Below, piece by piece: positions 37,850-51,724 of a DNA stretch of 64,000 bases. Within the stretch, counting starts at the first letter, position 1, and each line of letters starts with the position of its first letter. The DNA lies in the NCBI RefSeq assembly GCF_963921235.1, contig NC_086108.1, forward strand, positions 13,702,001 through 13,766,000, in the 5' to 3' direction. A program made the translations under genes and the position numbers. The notes under the pieces were generated by a model, which was not told the DNA's origin, did no database searches, and saw only the letters and a list, made by a program, of their open reading frames with translations. This DNA is from Mobula hypostoma. Taxonomy: Eukaryota.

Positions 37850-40800
37850 CAGGGATGCGAAAAAAGAGCTACCTTTTAATCAAGATGTCGATAGAGATTT
37901 TAAAGACAGAGTTTCGTAGCAGTTTCTCTAAGTTGAGGAGTGACCAATCAGCAAGAGGGCGTGCATAAAAATAGCTACCTTTCAGTTAGGTCTGCATTCA
38001 AGATTTAAGATGCATGTTTCGCACCCGTTTTCTCTGAGTTAGACAATCCACGTCGGGGTGAGGGAAAAGAGTTACCTTTTAATCAGGACGGTGATCAAGA
38101 TTTTAAAGACAGAGTATTGCAGTAGTTTCCCTGAGTTGAGGAGTGACCAATCAGCAAGAGGGGTTCATTAGAAGGGGCAGATAAAAATACCTCAAGTGCA
38201 AGTGGAACAGCCATTGGTTTGGAGAGTGCCAGTGTTAAGAGTGGCTTTGGCTCATCAGGCTTGGGTGAGATTAGGTTTGGACGTGGCATTTTATTTTATA
38301 AGTTACCCTCTCTCTCTCTGTTCTTATTTATTCATTTCTCGTCTGTTAGGGTATTGTAGTTCAGTGAGAATGGCTCCGGGGCAGTGTTTTGTATTCTGTG
38401 CAGAATGAGGGAAGTCTGGGAGATCTCCAGACTCCCGAATAAACACATCTGCTCCAGGTGCACCAAGCTGCAACTCCTGAAAGAACATATCAAGGAACTG
38501 GAACTGCAGCTCGATGACCTTTGATTCATACGGGAGAATGAGGAACAAAGTTGATGAACTGAGAGCTTGGATACATACATGGAATTATGATGTAGTGGCC
38601 ATTACAGAGACTTGGCCGGCACCAGGGCAGGAATGGATTTTCAATATTCCTGGATTTCAGTGCTTTAAGAGAGATAGAGAGAGTGGAAAAAGGGGAGGAG
38701 GAGTGGCATTACTAGTCAGGGATAATATTACAGCTATAGAAAGGGTGGATAATGGAGCAGGATCCTACTTTGAGTCAGTATGGGTGGAAGTCAGGAACAG
38801 GAAGGGAGCAGTTACTCTATTGGGGGTATTCTATAGGCCCCCTGGTAGCAGCAGAGATACAGAGGAGCAGATTGGGAGGCAGATTTTGGAAAGGTGCAAA
38901 AATAACAGGGTTGTTATCATGGGTGACTTTAACTTCCCTAATATTGATTGGCACCTGTTTAGTTCCAAGGGTTTAGATGGGGCAGAGTTTATTAAGTGTG
39001 TCCAGGACAGATTCCTGTCACAGTATGTGGACAGGCCGACTAGGGGAATGCCATATTAGATCTAGTACTAGGTAATGAACCGAGTCAGGTCACAGATCTC
39101 TCAGTGGGTGAGCATCTGGGGGACAGTGACCACCACTCCCTGACCTTTAGCATTATCATGGAAAAGGATAGAATCAGAGAGGACAGGAAAATTTTTAATT
39201 GGGGAAAGGCAAATTATGAAGCTATAAGGCTAGAACTTGCGGGTGTGAATTGGGATGATGTTTTTGCAGGAAAATGTACTATAGACATGTGGTCGATGTT
39301 TAGAGATCTCTTGCAGGATGTTAGGGATAAACTTGTCCTGGCGAGGAAGATAAAGAATGGTAGGGTGAAGGAATCATGGGTGACAAGTGAGGTGGAAAAT
39401 CTAGTCAGGTGGAAGAAGGCAGCATACATGAGGTTTAGGAAGCAAGGATCAGATGGGTCTATTGAGGAATACAGGGAAGCAAGAAAGGAGCTTAAGAAGG
39501 GGCTGAGAAGAGCAAGAAGGGGGCATGAGAAGGTCTTGGTGAGTAGGGTAAAGGAAAACCCCAAGGCATTCTTCAATTATGTGAAGAAAAAAAGGATGAC
39601 AGGAGTGAAGGTAGGACCAATTAGAGATAAAGGTGGAAAGATGTGCCTGGAGGCTGTGGAAGTGAGCGAAGTCCTCAATGAATACTTCTCTTCAGTATTC
39701 ACTAATGAGAGGGAACTTGATGATGGTAAGGACAATATGAGTGAGGTTGATGTTCTGGAGCATGTTCATATTAAGGGAGAGGAGGTGTTGGAGTTGTTAA
39801 AGTACATGAGGACAGATAAGTCCCCGGGGCCTGATGGAATATTCCCCAGGCTGCTCCACGAGGCGAGGGAAGAGATTGCTGAGCCTCTGGCTAGGATCTT
39901 TATGTCCTCGTTGTCCACGGGAATGGTACCGGAGGATTGGAGGGAGGCGAATGTTGTCCCCTTGTTCAAAAAAGGTAGTAGGGATAGTCCGGGTAATTAT
40001 AGACCACTGAGCCTTACGTCTGTGGTGGGAAAGCTGTTGGAAAAGATTCTTAGAGATAGGATCTATAGGCATTTAGAGAATCATGGTCTGATCAGGGACA
40101 GTCAGCATGGCTTTGTGAAGGGTAAATCGTGTCTAACAAGCCTGATAGAGTTCTTTGAGGAGGTGACCAGGCATATAGATGAGGGTAGTGCAGTGGATGT
40201 GATCTATATGGATTTTAGTAAGGCATTTGACAAGGATCCACACGGCACACTTATTCAGAAAGTCAGAAGGCATGGGATCCAGGGAAGTTTGGCCAGGTAG
40301 ATTCAGAATTGGCTTGCCTGCAGAAGGCAGAGGGTGGTGGTGGAGGGAGTACATTCAGATTGGAGGATTGTGACTAGTGGTGTCCCACAAGGATCTGTTC
40401 TGGGACCTCTACTTTTTGTGATTTTTATTACTGACCTGGATGTGGGGGTAGAAGGGTGGGTTGGCAAGTTTTCAGATGACACAAAGGTTGGTGGTGTTGT
40501 AGATAGTGTAGAGGATTGTCAGAGATTGCAGAGAGACATTGACAGGATGCAGAAGTGGGCTGAGAAGTGGCAGATGGAGCTCAACCCGGAGAACTGTGAG
40601 GTGGTACACTTTGGAAGGACAAACTCCAAGGCAGAGTACAAAGTAAATGGCAGGATACTTGGTAGTGTGGAGGAGCAGAGGGATCTCGGGGTACATGTCC
40701 ACAGATCCCTGAAAGTTGCCTCACAGGTGGATAGGGTAGTTAAGAAGGCTTATGGGGTGTTAGCCTTCATAAGTCGAGGGATAGAGTTTAAGAGTCGCGA

Positions 40801-43130
40801 TGTAATGATGCAGCTCTATAAAACTCTGGTTAGGCCACACTTGGAGTACCGTGTCCAGTTCTGGTCGCCTCATTATAGGAAGGATGTGGAAGCATTGGAA
40901 AGGGTACAGAGGAGATTTACCAGGATGCTGCCTGGTTTAGAAAGTATGCATTATGATCAGAGATTAAGGGAGCGAGGGCTTTACTCATTGGAGTGAAGGA
41001 GGATGAGAGGAGACAAGATAGAGGTGTACAAGATAAAAAGAAGAATAGATAGAGTGGATAGCCAGCGCCTTTTCCCCAGGGCACCACTGCTCAATACAAG
41101 AGGACATGGCTTTAAAGTAAGGGGTGGGAAGTTCAAGGGGGATATTAGAGGAAGGTTTTTTCCACTCAGAGAGTGGTTGGTGCATGGAATGCCCTGCCTG
41201 AGTCAGTGATGGACGCAGATACACTAGTGAAGTTTGAGAGACTACTGGACAGGTATATGGAGGAATTTAAGCTGGGGGCTTATATGGGAGGCAGGGTTTG
41301 AGGGTCAGCACAACATTGGGGGCCGAAGGGCCTGTACTGTGCTGTACTATTCTATGTTTTATAATGAGGAGATGATAGACAGGAGCTACAGGGAAGTAGT
41401 CACCCCTGGGTTGCGGGAGACAGGTAACTAGGTGACTGTCAGGAAGAGGGGAAATGCACAGAGAGTGCAGAGTACAACTGTGGCTGTTCCCTCAATAACA
41501 AGTATACAACTTTAGATACCATTGAGGGGAACGACCTATCGGGAGGAACCAGAGTGACCAGGTCTCTGGCACTGAGTCCGGTGCTGTGGCTCAAAAGAAC
41601 AGAAAGGTGAAGAGGACTGCAGAGTTCATAGGAGATTGCTTAGTCAGAAGAACAGAGATTAGGTTCTGTGGGTGTGACAGAGACACATCTGGTGCCAGGA
41701 TCAGGGATGTCTCAGATCAGGTCCATGGCACTTTCAAGGGCGAAGGTGAGCAGCCAGAAGTCTTGGTACATATTGGCACCAATGACATTAGGTGGACACG
41801 GTGAAGAGGTCCTGAAGAGAGATTTTAGGGAGCTTGGTGGTACCTCTAGGGTAGTAATCTCTGAATTGCTGCCTGTGCCATGTACCAGTGAAGGTAAGAA
41901 TAGTATGATTTGGCAGGTGAATGTGTGGGCTGAGGAACTGGTGCAGGGTGCAGGGGTTCAGAAGATGAGATTGTTGGTTTACAAAGACAATGTGTAGTGA
42001 GACTCTTAGCAAGGAGAGGTTGGTGCTGGGCAAAATTACAATCAACAAGATGAGTTGCAACATATAAGGTGGACAAGATTGAAAAGGGTGAATACAGGAC
42101 TAAAGGTGTTATACTTCAATGCGCACAATATACGGAATAAGGTAGATAAACCTGTAGCACAGTTACAGATTGGCGAGAATGATGTTGGCATCACTGAATT
42201 ATAAATCAGAATATAGCTGGGAGCTTAATGTCCAAGGATAAACATCGTATCAAAAGGACAGGCAGGAAGGCAGAGGTGGTGACATTGCTCTGTTGATAAA
42301 ATATGAACTCAAATGATTAGGAATAAGTGACATAAGGTCAGAAAGTGTTGAATCGTTGTGAATTGAGCTAAGAAACTGCAAGGATAAAAACACCCTGATG
42401 AAAGATGTATTCAGACCCCCTTACAGTAGTAAGGATGTGGTCTACAAATTACAATGGGAGATAGAAAATGCATGCCAAAAGGGCAGTGTTACAATAGTCA
42501 TGGAGGATTTTGATATGCAAGTAGATTGGGAAAATCAGGTAGGTGCTGGATTCCGGGGGTGGCGGCGGGGGGGGGGGGGGGTTAGTTTCTTTAGTGCCTA
42601 TGAGATGGCTCATTATGGGATCAGCTATTCTGGATTGGGTGTTGTGCTGTGAACCTGAATTGATCAGAGAGCTTAGGGTAAAAGAACCCTTAAGGGCGAG
42701 TGATAATAACATGATCAGATTCACTCTGAAATTTGAGAAGGAGAAGTTAAAGTCAGATATATCAGTATTACAGTAGAGGAAAAGGCAATACAGAGACATG
42801 AGAGAGGAGCTGGCCAAAATTAATTTAAAAAGTTCACTGGCAGGGATGACGCCAAAGCAGCAATGGCTGGAATTTCTGGAAGCAATTTGAAAGGCACAGG
42901 TTATATACATTCCAAAAAGGAAGAAATATTTTAAAGGCAAGATGACACAACCATGAATAAGAGAAATCAAAGCTAACATAAAAGCCAAACAGAGGGCATA
43001 TAGTAGAGCAAAAATTAGTGGCAAGTTAGAGGATTGGGAAGCATTTGAATACTAACAGAAGGCAACCAAAAAAAGATAAAGATGGAATACAAAAGTAAGC
43101 AAGCCAATAATATTAAAGAGGATACCAAAA
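37850..43130 (+). mobile_element. Older CR1 5' half (5'UTR, ORF1 zipper + SGNH esterase, ORF2 endonuclease) hosting the young CR1
   Basis: ORF1 ELELQLDDL..IRE|NEEMIDRSYREVVTP continues across the insert; FIGDCLVR, VHIGTNDI; endonuclease LYFNAHNIRNK near 42110. Confidence 0.8.
38545..41362 (+). mobile_element. Young CR1 LINE, nearly whole ORF2 (APE endonuclease + RT)
   Basis: VVAITETW, MGDFNFP, SPGPDG, NYRPLSLTS, DFSKAFD, GVPQGSVLGP, FSDD; few lesions; TTCTATG-type tail; flanking AATGAGGA (38537-38544, 41363-41370). Confidence 0.93.
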
Positions 43131-43673
43131 GGTGAGATTTTTTTCCAGTCTTGATGAAGGGTCTTGGTCCAAAACGTCAACTGTATTTTTCATAGGTGTT
43201 GCCTAGCCTGCTGAGTTCCGCCAGCATTTTGTGTGCGTTGTTTGGATTTCCAGCATCTGCAGATTTTCTCTTGTTTGTAGATGATATTGTGCAGTGTGTT
43301 AGATTTAATTCATGACCTCATTGTGAAGATGCCTCAAGGTAACAATGATGTGAATTTTACAGTTGAAGGAGACGGATACCAGACTTGTATTTTAACTTAT
43401 GTCAGGGCATGAAAGCAGAGCCAGACAATCAGGTTACAGGATTAGACAATCAAACTGCAGAGGTAGACATCTGAGGGAATCTTTTCCAAACAGAAGCATT
43501 CCACAAGAAAGAAAATTCCAAGGGGGAAAAACCAGCATCTGTAGTTAACTAACAAGTTAAAAAAAAGTATCAACATTATAGAAACAGGTGACATGTCAAA
43601 AGATCACATATAAAACAGCAAAGACTAACAGGGTAAGAAGTAATAAAAAAAAACAGAATGAGACAAATCTGAG

Positions 43674-44088
43674 CAACACACACAAAATGCTGGATGAACT
43701 GAACAGGCCAGGCAGCACCTACAAAAAAAAGCACAGTCGACATTTCGGGCTGAAACCCTTTGGCAGGAGTGGAGAAAAAATTGAGGAGTAGATTTAAAAA
43801 GTGGGGGAAGGAGAGAGAGAAACAAGATGATAGGTGAAACCTGGAGAAGGAGGGATGAAATAAAGAGCTGGGAAGTTGATTGGTGAAAGAGACAGAAAGC
43901 CATGGAAAAAAGAAAAAGGGGGGAGTGGGGGAGTACCAGATGGTGGCGATGGGCAGGCAAGGATATAAGGTGAAAGAAGGAAAAGAGATTTGAAAATGGT
44001 GGAAGAGGGGGTGTGGGTGGCATCACTGGATGTTTGAGAACTCTCTCCCTTACCTTCTGCTTTCCGCAGGGATCGCTCCCTACGCGAC
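43674..44088 (-). mobile_element. Penelope-like 3' fragment with a short inverted piece (44041-44088)
   Basis: Reverse complement resembles 60540-60860; the adjacent plus-strand piece resembles 60080-60115. Confidence 0.7.
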
Positions 44089-44640
44089 GTGTGGTGGAGA
44101 GTATATTGACTGGCTACATCACAGCCTGGTATGGAAACACCAAAACCCTTGAACAGAAAATCCTACATAAAGTAGTGGACATAGCCCAGTCCGTCACAGG
44201 TAAAGCCCTCCCCACAAAGCAGTATCTATCGGCTAGGACCCCCACCATCTAGTCCATGCTCTCTTTCTCACTGCAGCCATCAGGTAGGAGGTATAGGAGC
44301 CTCAGGACTCACAACACCAGGTTCAGGAATAGTTATCACCAACCACCAGGCTCTTGAACCAGAGAGGATAACTTCACTCACACCATCAGTGAACTGTTCC
44401 CACAACCTATGGACTCTTCATCTCAAGTTCTCCATACTTATAGCTTATTTATTTATTATTATTATGTATTTGCACAGTTTGTTGTCTTTTGCACATTGAT
44501 TGTTTGTCTGTCCTTTTGGGTTCAGTCTTTCATTGATTCTATTGTGTTTCTTGGATTTACTGTGTATGCCTGCAAGAAAATGAATCTCAGGATTGTAAAT
44601 CGTGGAATACATGTACTTCGATAATACAGTTAATTTGAAC
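44089..44640 (+). mobile_element. Rex1-like 3' end
   Basis: VESILTGYITAWYGN...LHKVVDIAQSVTG; similar fragments at ~35960-36310 and ~62438-62854. Confidence 0.75.
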
Positions 44641-47425
44641 CATATTTCACGTGCAAGAAGTATTGGTGTGGACAAAAGATGGGCTGCTAACAAGGAACAC
44701 AGAAAAGGAATGAATAGGTCATTGCTAAGTAAAATTAGAACAAAAGGTGCGCCAGAGTGAATGGTGTTGGAGCCTCAGTTTTTATAATTTATATAGTGAC
44801 TTAGACACACACTGAAGATAGCATTGCTAAATTTGCTGATGACACAATTAAAGTAGGAAATTAGCAGAAGACAACACAAGGAAATTGCAGAGGAATACAG
44901 GTTGGTTAAGTGAGTGGGCAAAGATCTGGCAAACATGAACAGAGAACAGTACAGTATAGAACAGACCCTTCCACCCACCATGTTGCATGGAAATAAGGGC
45001 TGAAACCCTTCATCAGGACTGGAAAGAAAGAGGCAGAACATTTGACTTTTAATAAATGCTGCCTGGCCTGCTGAATTCCTCCAGCATTGTATGTGTGTTC
45101 CCCAAGATTTCCAGCATCTGCAGAATCTCTTGCTTAAGTATGCCATTCATCTTCTTTGTGACCCTATCAACCTGTGCAGCCACTTTCAGGGATCTGTAAC
45201 TTGAACCCCAAGATCTTTCAGTACATTTACACTGTTATGGTCTTGCCATTAACGATGTACTGCCCTATAAAGTGCAAGAGACTCCAGTATGGATCACTGT
45301 GGAACATTACAAGTCACAGATCTCCAGCCCAATAAGTCTCATCAACCACTACCCTATGTCTTCTATGGACAAGCAATTCAGAGTACAAATGGCAAAGTTA
45401 CTGTGGAACCCATGCACCTTAATCATCTGCATTAGCCTCCCATGAGGGACCTTGACAAATACCTTACTAAAATCCACGTGAACAACACTGACAGCTCTAC
45501 CTTTATCATTTACCTTTGTCAGGTCCTCAAAAACCTCAATCAGACATGATTTGCCACTAATGTTTTGCTCATAGTTTTCAAAATGCTCATAAATCCTCTC
45601 CAATAGCTTTCCTACCACTATATCAGACTCACTGATCGATAATTCCCAGCATTATTCCTATTTCTCTACATGAAAATGGAACTTTAGCAAATTGGCAGTC
45701 TTCCAAAACCCTGGCTAGAGAGGCCACAAAGATCTAGATCAAAGCCATGGCAATCTCATCTCTTGCCTCTCTCAAATAACCATCAAGCCTTGTGGATCTA
45801 TTTGTCTTAATATTCTTTAAGTGACCCAACACTACCTCTGTCTTTAGCTCAAATGCCCTGCACAGACCTCACTACCCTCCACGTTCTTCTCCTAAATAAA
45901 TTCTGATGCAAAGTACTCATTTAGGACCTCACCCACATGCTCTGTCGCCAAGCACGTTCCCCTATCCTTGAGTGGTCCTATCCATTTCCTTGTTATCATC
46001 TTGCTCTTGACTGATGTATTGAATGCCTTGGGATTCTCTTTAATCCTACTTGTCAAGGATTCCAAAGCTCCACCTGGCTTTCCTAATTCCCCTCTTGAGT
46101 TCTTGTCTAGCTTCTTTATAATGTCCAAGAGCTGTTTGATGTTGGTTTCCTAAACTTGAAATAAAGCATACAAGATATAAAGCACAGTACAGGCCCTTCG
46201 ACCCACAATGTTGTACTAACCTTTTAACCAAGATTAATCAAACCCTTCCCTTCCGCAATGTCCTCCATTTTAATTTTATTTTTTGTTATTAAATTCTCCT
46301 CCTCTTTCACAAAAGGTTGTCTATTTTGGCATTTCTGCTCGTAAAAAATAAAATAATTCCTTTATCACAAGAGATTGTAGAGCTCTGAGTTGCAGAGGGA
46401 TTTGACGGTCATGGTTTACAGAAGGATGGTGTGTGCATGTACATTGAGTAAACGAGAATGCTCAGGTTGTTGTTGTTTAAAACAAGGGAAATTGAATAAC
46501 AAACTAGGGATGTTATGCTTTAATGATACAGAGCCTTGATAAAACTATGTCTAGAATACCATGTACATTATTATTCTGCTTATTTATGGATAAATGTTAA
46601 CGTTGGAAGCAGACATTAACACTTGGAACTGTACTGGGAGTGGGCAAGTTGTCATCTGAGACTAAGTGTTGGACAAGTTAGGCTCGTGTCCACTGGAGCT
46701 TTGATTTGACTAAGACATGAACAGAGAGCCACAGAGCACAGATGCAGGCCCTTCAGCCCAATGAGTCCATACCAACCATGATACCCACCCAGCTACTCCC
46801 AATTTCCTGCATTTACCCATATTCCCCTAAGCCCTGGCCCTCCATGTACCTATCCAACTGCTTTTTAAATGATACTACTATGCCTGTATCAACCACTTCT
46901 TTTGGCAGCAGCTTCTTTTCTCCTGAAGATATCTTACAGTGAATGTGAAGAGAATAGTTCCTCTTGTGGGAGAATCTGGAACTTGTTACCTTTTGCATAT
47001 GGAGGGGACATTTCCATTACTATGAGTGTCCAGAATTTGAGGGCATAGCCTCAAAATAAAGGCAACTGAGATGAGGAGGAATTTCTTTAGCCAGAATGCG
47101 GTCAATCTGTGGAGTTTAAGTCAATGGGTGACTTTAAAACAGGCTCTTGAATGGTTAAGGGATTGAGAGTTGAGGGATAATGTAGGTGAACGTGATTGAG
47201 AAAGCTGAATGGCTAACTCTGCTCTTACAGTAAATTGTAACTGCCTGGATCACTTTCTCCGGCAGCTTGTTCCATTTACACATCACCCACTGTGTCAACA
47301 GAAGGATGGCCCTTTAGAACAGAGATGAAGGAATTTCTTTTACCAGAAGGTAGTGAACCTGCAGAATTCATTGCCACAGATGACTTTGGAGGATGAGTCA
47401 TTGGGTATATTTAAAGAGGAGGTTG

Positions 47426-49441
47426 TCTTGGAAACCACTTTTTTTAAAACTAATACTTTTTATAAGATTTGTACCTTTTAAAAAAAGTTCATGTAAGTTC
47501 AGACGGATGTTTGTTTGCTTGTAACCTGATATTATGGTTACAGCGGGGATTGTGAGATTTGTGACATTCAAAAGTGGAGTTTTCTTTAATATCAAAATTA
47601 ACGGCCAAAGCTTTGAAACAGACTGGCGGTTCACTTGAAAAGTTAAATGAAATCTTAACTACTTACTTAAGTGATTCATATAAACAATACCGTTGGTAAA
47701 TAAATAGAGGAAATGCGCTGTCAATGCTAGCTATAGGACAATTTGACTCAGTTACTCAGGAGCCCCAGGAATAAGCGAAAATAATATTGAAGACACTATA
47801 TTTGGCCCTCTTTCGTGGATGGTGAAGCTAACAAGAGCAAATTGGAGTAAAAGTGCTGTATCCGACAGTGAACTAATATAAGCTGCCAAACAAGTAGAAC
47901 AGGATATCGACGTCCAAATGAGATCAGTACAGAGTGTTCAACGGTCTCCACTTGCTGACCAATAACAAGTGGAATTGGACATGCAAATTATGTGGGAGAA
48001 GAGGGCATTGAACTAGATCTCGTTGGCATAGGAAACCAACTTCACCACAGTGAAGATAAGCCATCCAATTTTTGCTCTACCACTGCAGACAAAGGCTGCA
48101 GGCCCAAGCCTAGTCATTTTTGCAACTTTGACCACATCTCCATTACATTTGCAACTGTAGCCTGAAATTATGCAATGCTTTTCTTCTCTTGTGAGGTAAG
48201 AGGTTGACTATATTCCGAGATGGGAATTGCCATGCCACATTGACTCTGACCAGGAAATGCATTTCACTGGAAATGTTTGTCAAGAATTATCGTCGACTGA
48301 TGAAGTTTGAATGGTCTTTACACTGCCCACATCATCCAGAGTCATCAGGACAACTGTCACGAGGACACTGGCATCATCAAACAATGGCTGACTTGGTATC
48401 ACGAGGAAGGTGTACCATGGCCTACAGCTCTTCCTTTGGCTTTATGCAGCATCAGGGCAACCCCAAACAAGAAAACAAAACTGATCCATTTGAAGTGGTG
48501 ACGGGGTGACCCATGTCACTACTGGGAGCGCTTGATCTTGATACACATGTTATGTCAGATACTTCAGTTGATTATTGTCCAAAACTAACATAAACTGTTT
48601 AGACTGCTTCTCAACAGGATTCTGCTGTATAGAGTACTCTATCAGAAGGACACACCTCGATTCCTGGCGAGTGGGTCCTGGTGAAGAAACCGCATAAGGA
48701 ATCCCTGGGGGCTCGGTGGGAAGTACTGTTAATTACCAATTCAGAAGTCAAGGTAGAAAATAAAAGTAAGTGGATACACACCAGCCACTGCAAGCAAGCT
48801 AAAGTGACTCCAGATTAAGACAGGTACTGTGGGAAGACTTCACGCACAAATATAATTACTGGACATTTTTATTGGATATTATCATAATCTACATTTTTTG
48901 TGTTTGTTTACTCTGTAATGTAAACACTTAAGTTTTTTTGCCTCTGAATTTTCATATGTGATTCTGTCACGATCCCTTATAGAATCAAAAGGGAGGACTG
49001 CTGGAAACAACTTTTTTTAAAATAATACTTTTCTAAAATTTGTAGTTTTTAAACAAACTCATGTATTTTTCAAACTCACTGGCAGAAACGCTCAAACACA
49101 GCTAAACTACCGGTTATCACCTTTCTCATTGGCTACGTTTTAGCACATTACCCACGTGATGCAATTGTTTTAGTTAAGTAGCCTACTAACTAATTTGTCT
49201 CCATGGAAGGAATTTATGTTATCTATAAATGTGATAGATTTTTCAGAGGTACTATCTTTTATTTATACCTTTGTCTTACACCCTTCAGCATTAATTTCCC
49301 TGTTACCATTGTTTCTCAGCTCTTTATTTAGGGTGTGTGTTTGTACTCAAAAATAAACTGCAATGTTGAAATTAAGACCGCTTGCCATTTTTGACACCCA
49401 GAAGAACCCCAAGGATCAGAAATTAAACAGAGATTTTAACA
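47426..49441 (+). mobile_element. Class I (gamma/epsilon-like) endogenous retrovirus remnant, internally deleted
   Basis: Integrase PRWELPCHIDSDQEMHFTG, HCPHHPESSGQ, WPTALPLAL.SIRATP, GEWVLVK, WIHTSHCK; PPT AAAAGGGAGGAC; 3' LTR 48999-49441 (TG...CA, AATAAA 49352); ~70 bp of 5' LTR at 47426; TSD GTTG/GTCG inside a CR1 tail. Confidence 0.75.
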
Positions 49442-50526
49442 GTCGATATGTTCTTGATTAGTAAGGGTGTTAAAGATAGTGGGCAAAAGGCATGAGAATG
49501 GGGTTAAGACGAAAAATAAATCAGTAATGATCAAATGACAAAGCAGACTCGATAGGCCAAATGCCTAATATCTTGTGGTCTATGTGAAGATTATTTATCC
49601 ACTTAGTTAGCTCTCTCCTTAGCTTTGCCAAAGTCTGAAAAGATAACATCCACTGCCCTGCTCTCATTAATTCTACTGGTAATTCTTCAAAAATTTATTT
49701 TAATAATCTCCCATAAACAAAGTTGAGCAGGATATCCTTAATCAATCTTTACCTATTCAAATGCTGGTAGATCCTATACCTCAGAAAACCAATCAGTAAC
49801 TTACTGTTGTCAGACTGACTTTCCTGTAGTTCCTCACTTGTCTCTGTTGCCCTTCTTAAATAATGGTAAAACATTACCCACCCTCTAGTCTTCTGGATCT
49901 TTACCCATGATGCTTGCAAAAGTCACTGCAACTTGTTCTCTAGCTTCCCAGAAAGTCACTTCCTTGTAGGGCGATACAATAGTTACAGCACCATATTGCA
50001 CAGATACAAACCCTTCAGCCCAACTCACCCATACCATTCGAGATACTTTTCTACACCAATGCCATTTTCCTGCATTTAGACTCATAGAAAAGTACAGCCC
50101 AGAAACAGGCCCTTTGGCCCATCTAGTCTGTGCCAAACAATTTAAGCTGCCTACTCCCATCAACGTTGACTGGGACCATAGCCCTACCATCCAAGTACCT
50201 ATCCAAACTTCTCTTATACTTTGAAATTAAGCTCCCATGCTCATTCCACACTCTCATGACCCTCTGAGTGAAGAACATTCCCCTCATGTTGCCCTTATCT
50301 TTGAGTGCTGAAACTGGAAAGGATTCAACGGAGGTTCACGAAAATGATTCCAGAATGGAATGGCTTGTCGTATGAAGAGCATTTGATAGCTCTGGGCCTG
50401 TATTCACAGCTAATTTTATAAATCTCTACAAGCTCACCCGCATCCTCCTACATTTCAGTGAAAATCCCAGTCTATATAAAAACTTGTTAGTAACGAAAGC
50501 CCTCTATTCCAGGTAACATCCTAGTG

Positions 50527-51279
50527 CAGCGGTCCCCAACCACCGGGCCGCAAAGCATGTGCTACCGGGCCACAAGGAAACGATATGAGTCAGCTGCACC
50601 TTTCCTCATTCCCTGTCACGCACTGTTGAACTTGAACATAGGGTTGCCAACTGTCCCGTATTTGCCGGGACATCCCGTATATTGGGCTAAATTGGTTTGT
50701 CCCATACGGGACCGCCCTTGTCCCGTATTTCCCCCGCTAAGGTAGAGCGTTCCTATGAAACCTTTCGTGCTGAAATGGGTAAAGCGAAGAAGCAATTACC
50801 ATTAATTTATATGGGAAAAATTTTTGAGCGTTCCCAGACCCAAAAAATAACCTACCAAATCACACCAAATAACACATAAAACTGAAAATAACACTAACAT
50901 ATAGTAAAAGCAGGAATGATATGATAAATACACAGCCTATATAAAGTAGAAATAATGTATATACAGTATAGTTGGGAAGATGAAGGCAAAACTGATTTGT
51001 GGAAAAAAATCGGCACGTACGCACATGCGCACACAGGTGCCCGCGCAAGGCTTCATGGTCATGGTAGTCTTTCCTGGGGTAAATACAAGTGTCCCTGGAT
51101 TTGACTGCTACTTTTGTCCCTTATTTGGGAGTGAGAAAGTTGGCAACCCTAACTGTAAAAGACATGTTGAGGTGAGTTTAACCCTACTTGAACACCCCCC
51201 CCCCCCCCGGTCGGCCAGTCTGCAAGAATATTGTCAATATTAAACTGGTCCATGGTGCAAAGAAGGTTGGGGACCCCTG
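50527..51279 (+). mobile_element. Non-autonomous hAT MITE, same TIR family, with an inner second TIR pair (50639-51151)
   Basis: TIRs CAGCGGTCCCCAACC / GGTTGGGGACCCCTG; 8-bp TSD TCCTAGTG (50519-50526, 51280-51287); inner TAGGGTTGCCAACT...AGTTGGCAACCCTA. Confidence 0.9.
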
Positions 51280-51724
51280 TCCTAGTGAATCGCTTCTGCA
51301 ATTTTTCTAACACCATCCTAAGCTTCCAATTATATGGTGACAAGAGATAAACACAATACTTCGAGTGTGGCCTAACCAATGTATGGTACAGCTGCAACCT
51401 AATGTTCCAACTCTTTTACTCAATGAGCTGTCTATGAAGAAAAGCAAGCAAAATGCCTTCCTTACCACCTATCCACCCATGATACCATTTTCAGGGAGCT
51501 ATGAACTCGTACGCAAGTTCAGTTTGTACACCATTTGTCACAACTTTACACGCCAGTATACCCGCAGCTAGTAGTAAGACAGCCCGGTGTATTCCTTCAC
51601 ACTTGTCTGAATTAAATTCCATCTGTCATTACTCCACCCAATTTCCAGCTGATTTATATCCTGCTGTGTCCTTGGTCAACCATCTATAACTCTACTAATC
51701 AGCAAACTTAGGTGGAAGACAACC

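Noticed and set aside
37868..38176. CRISPR-like array
   Set aside because: Eukaryotic context, ~100-bp diverged monomers, no repeat-spacer structure, no cas genes
42449..43024. 191-aa hydrophobic ORF
   Set aside because: Antisense frame of CR1 ORF2
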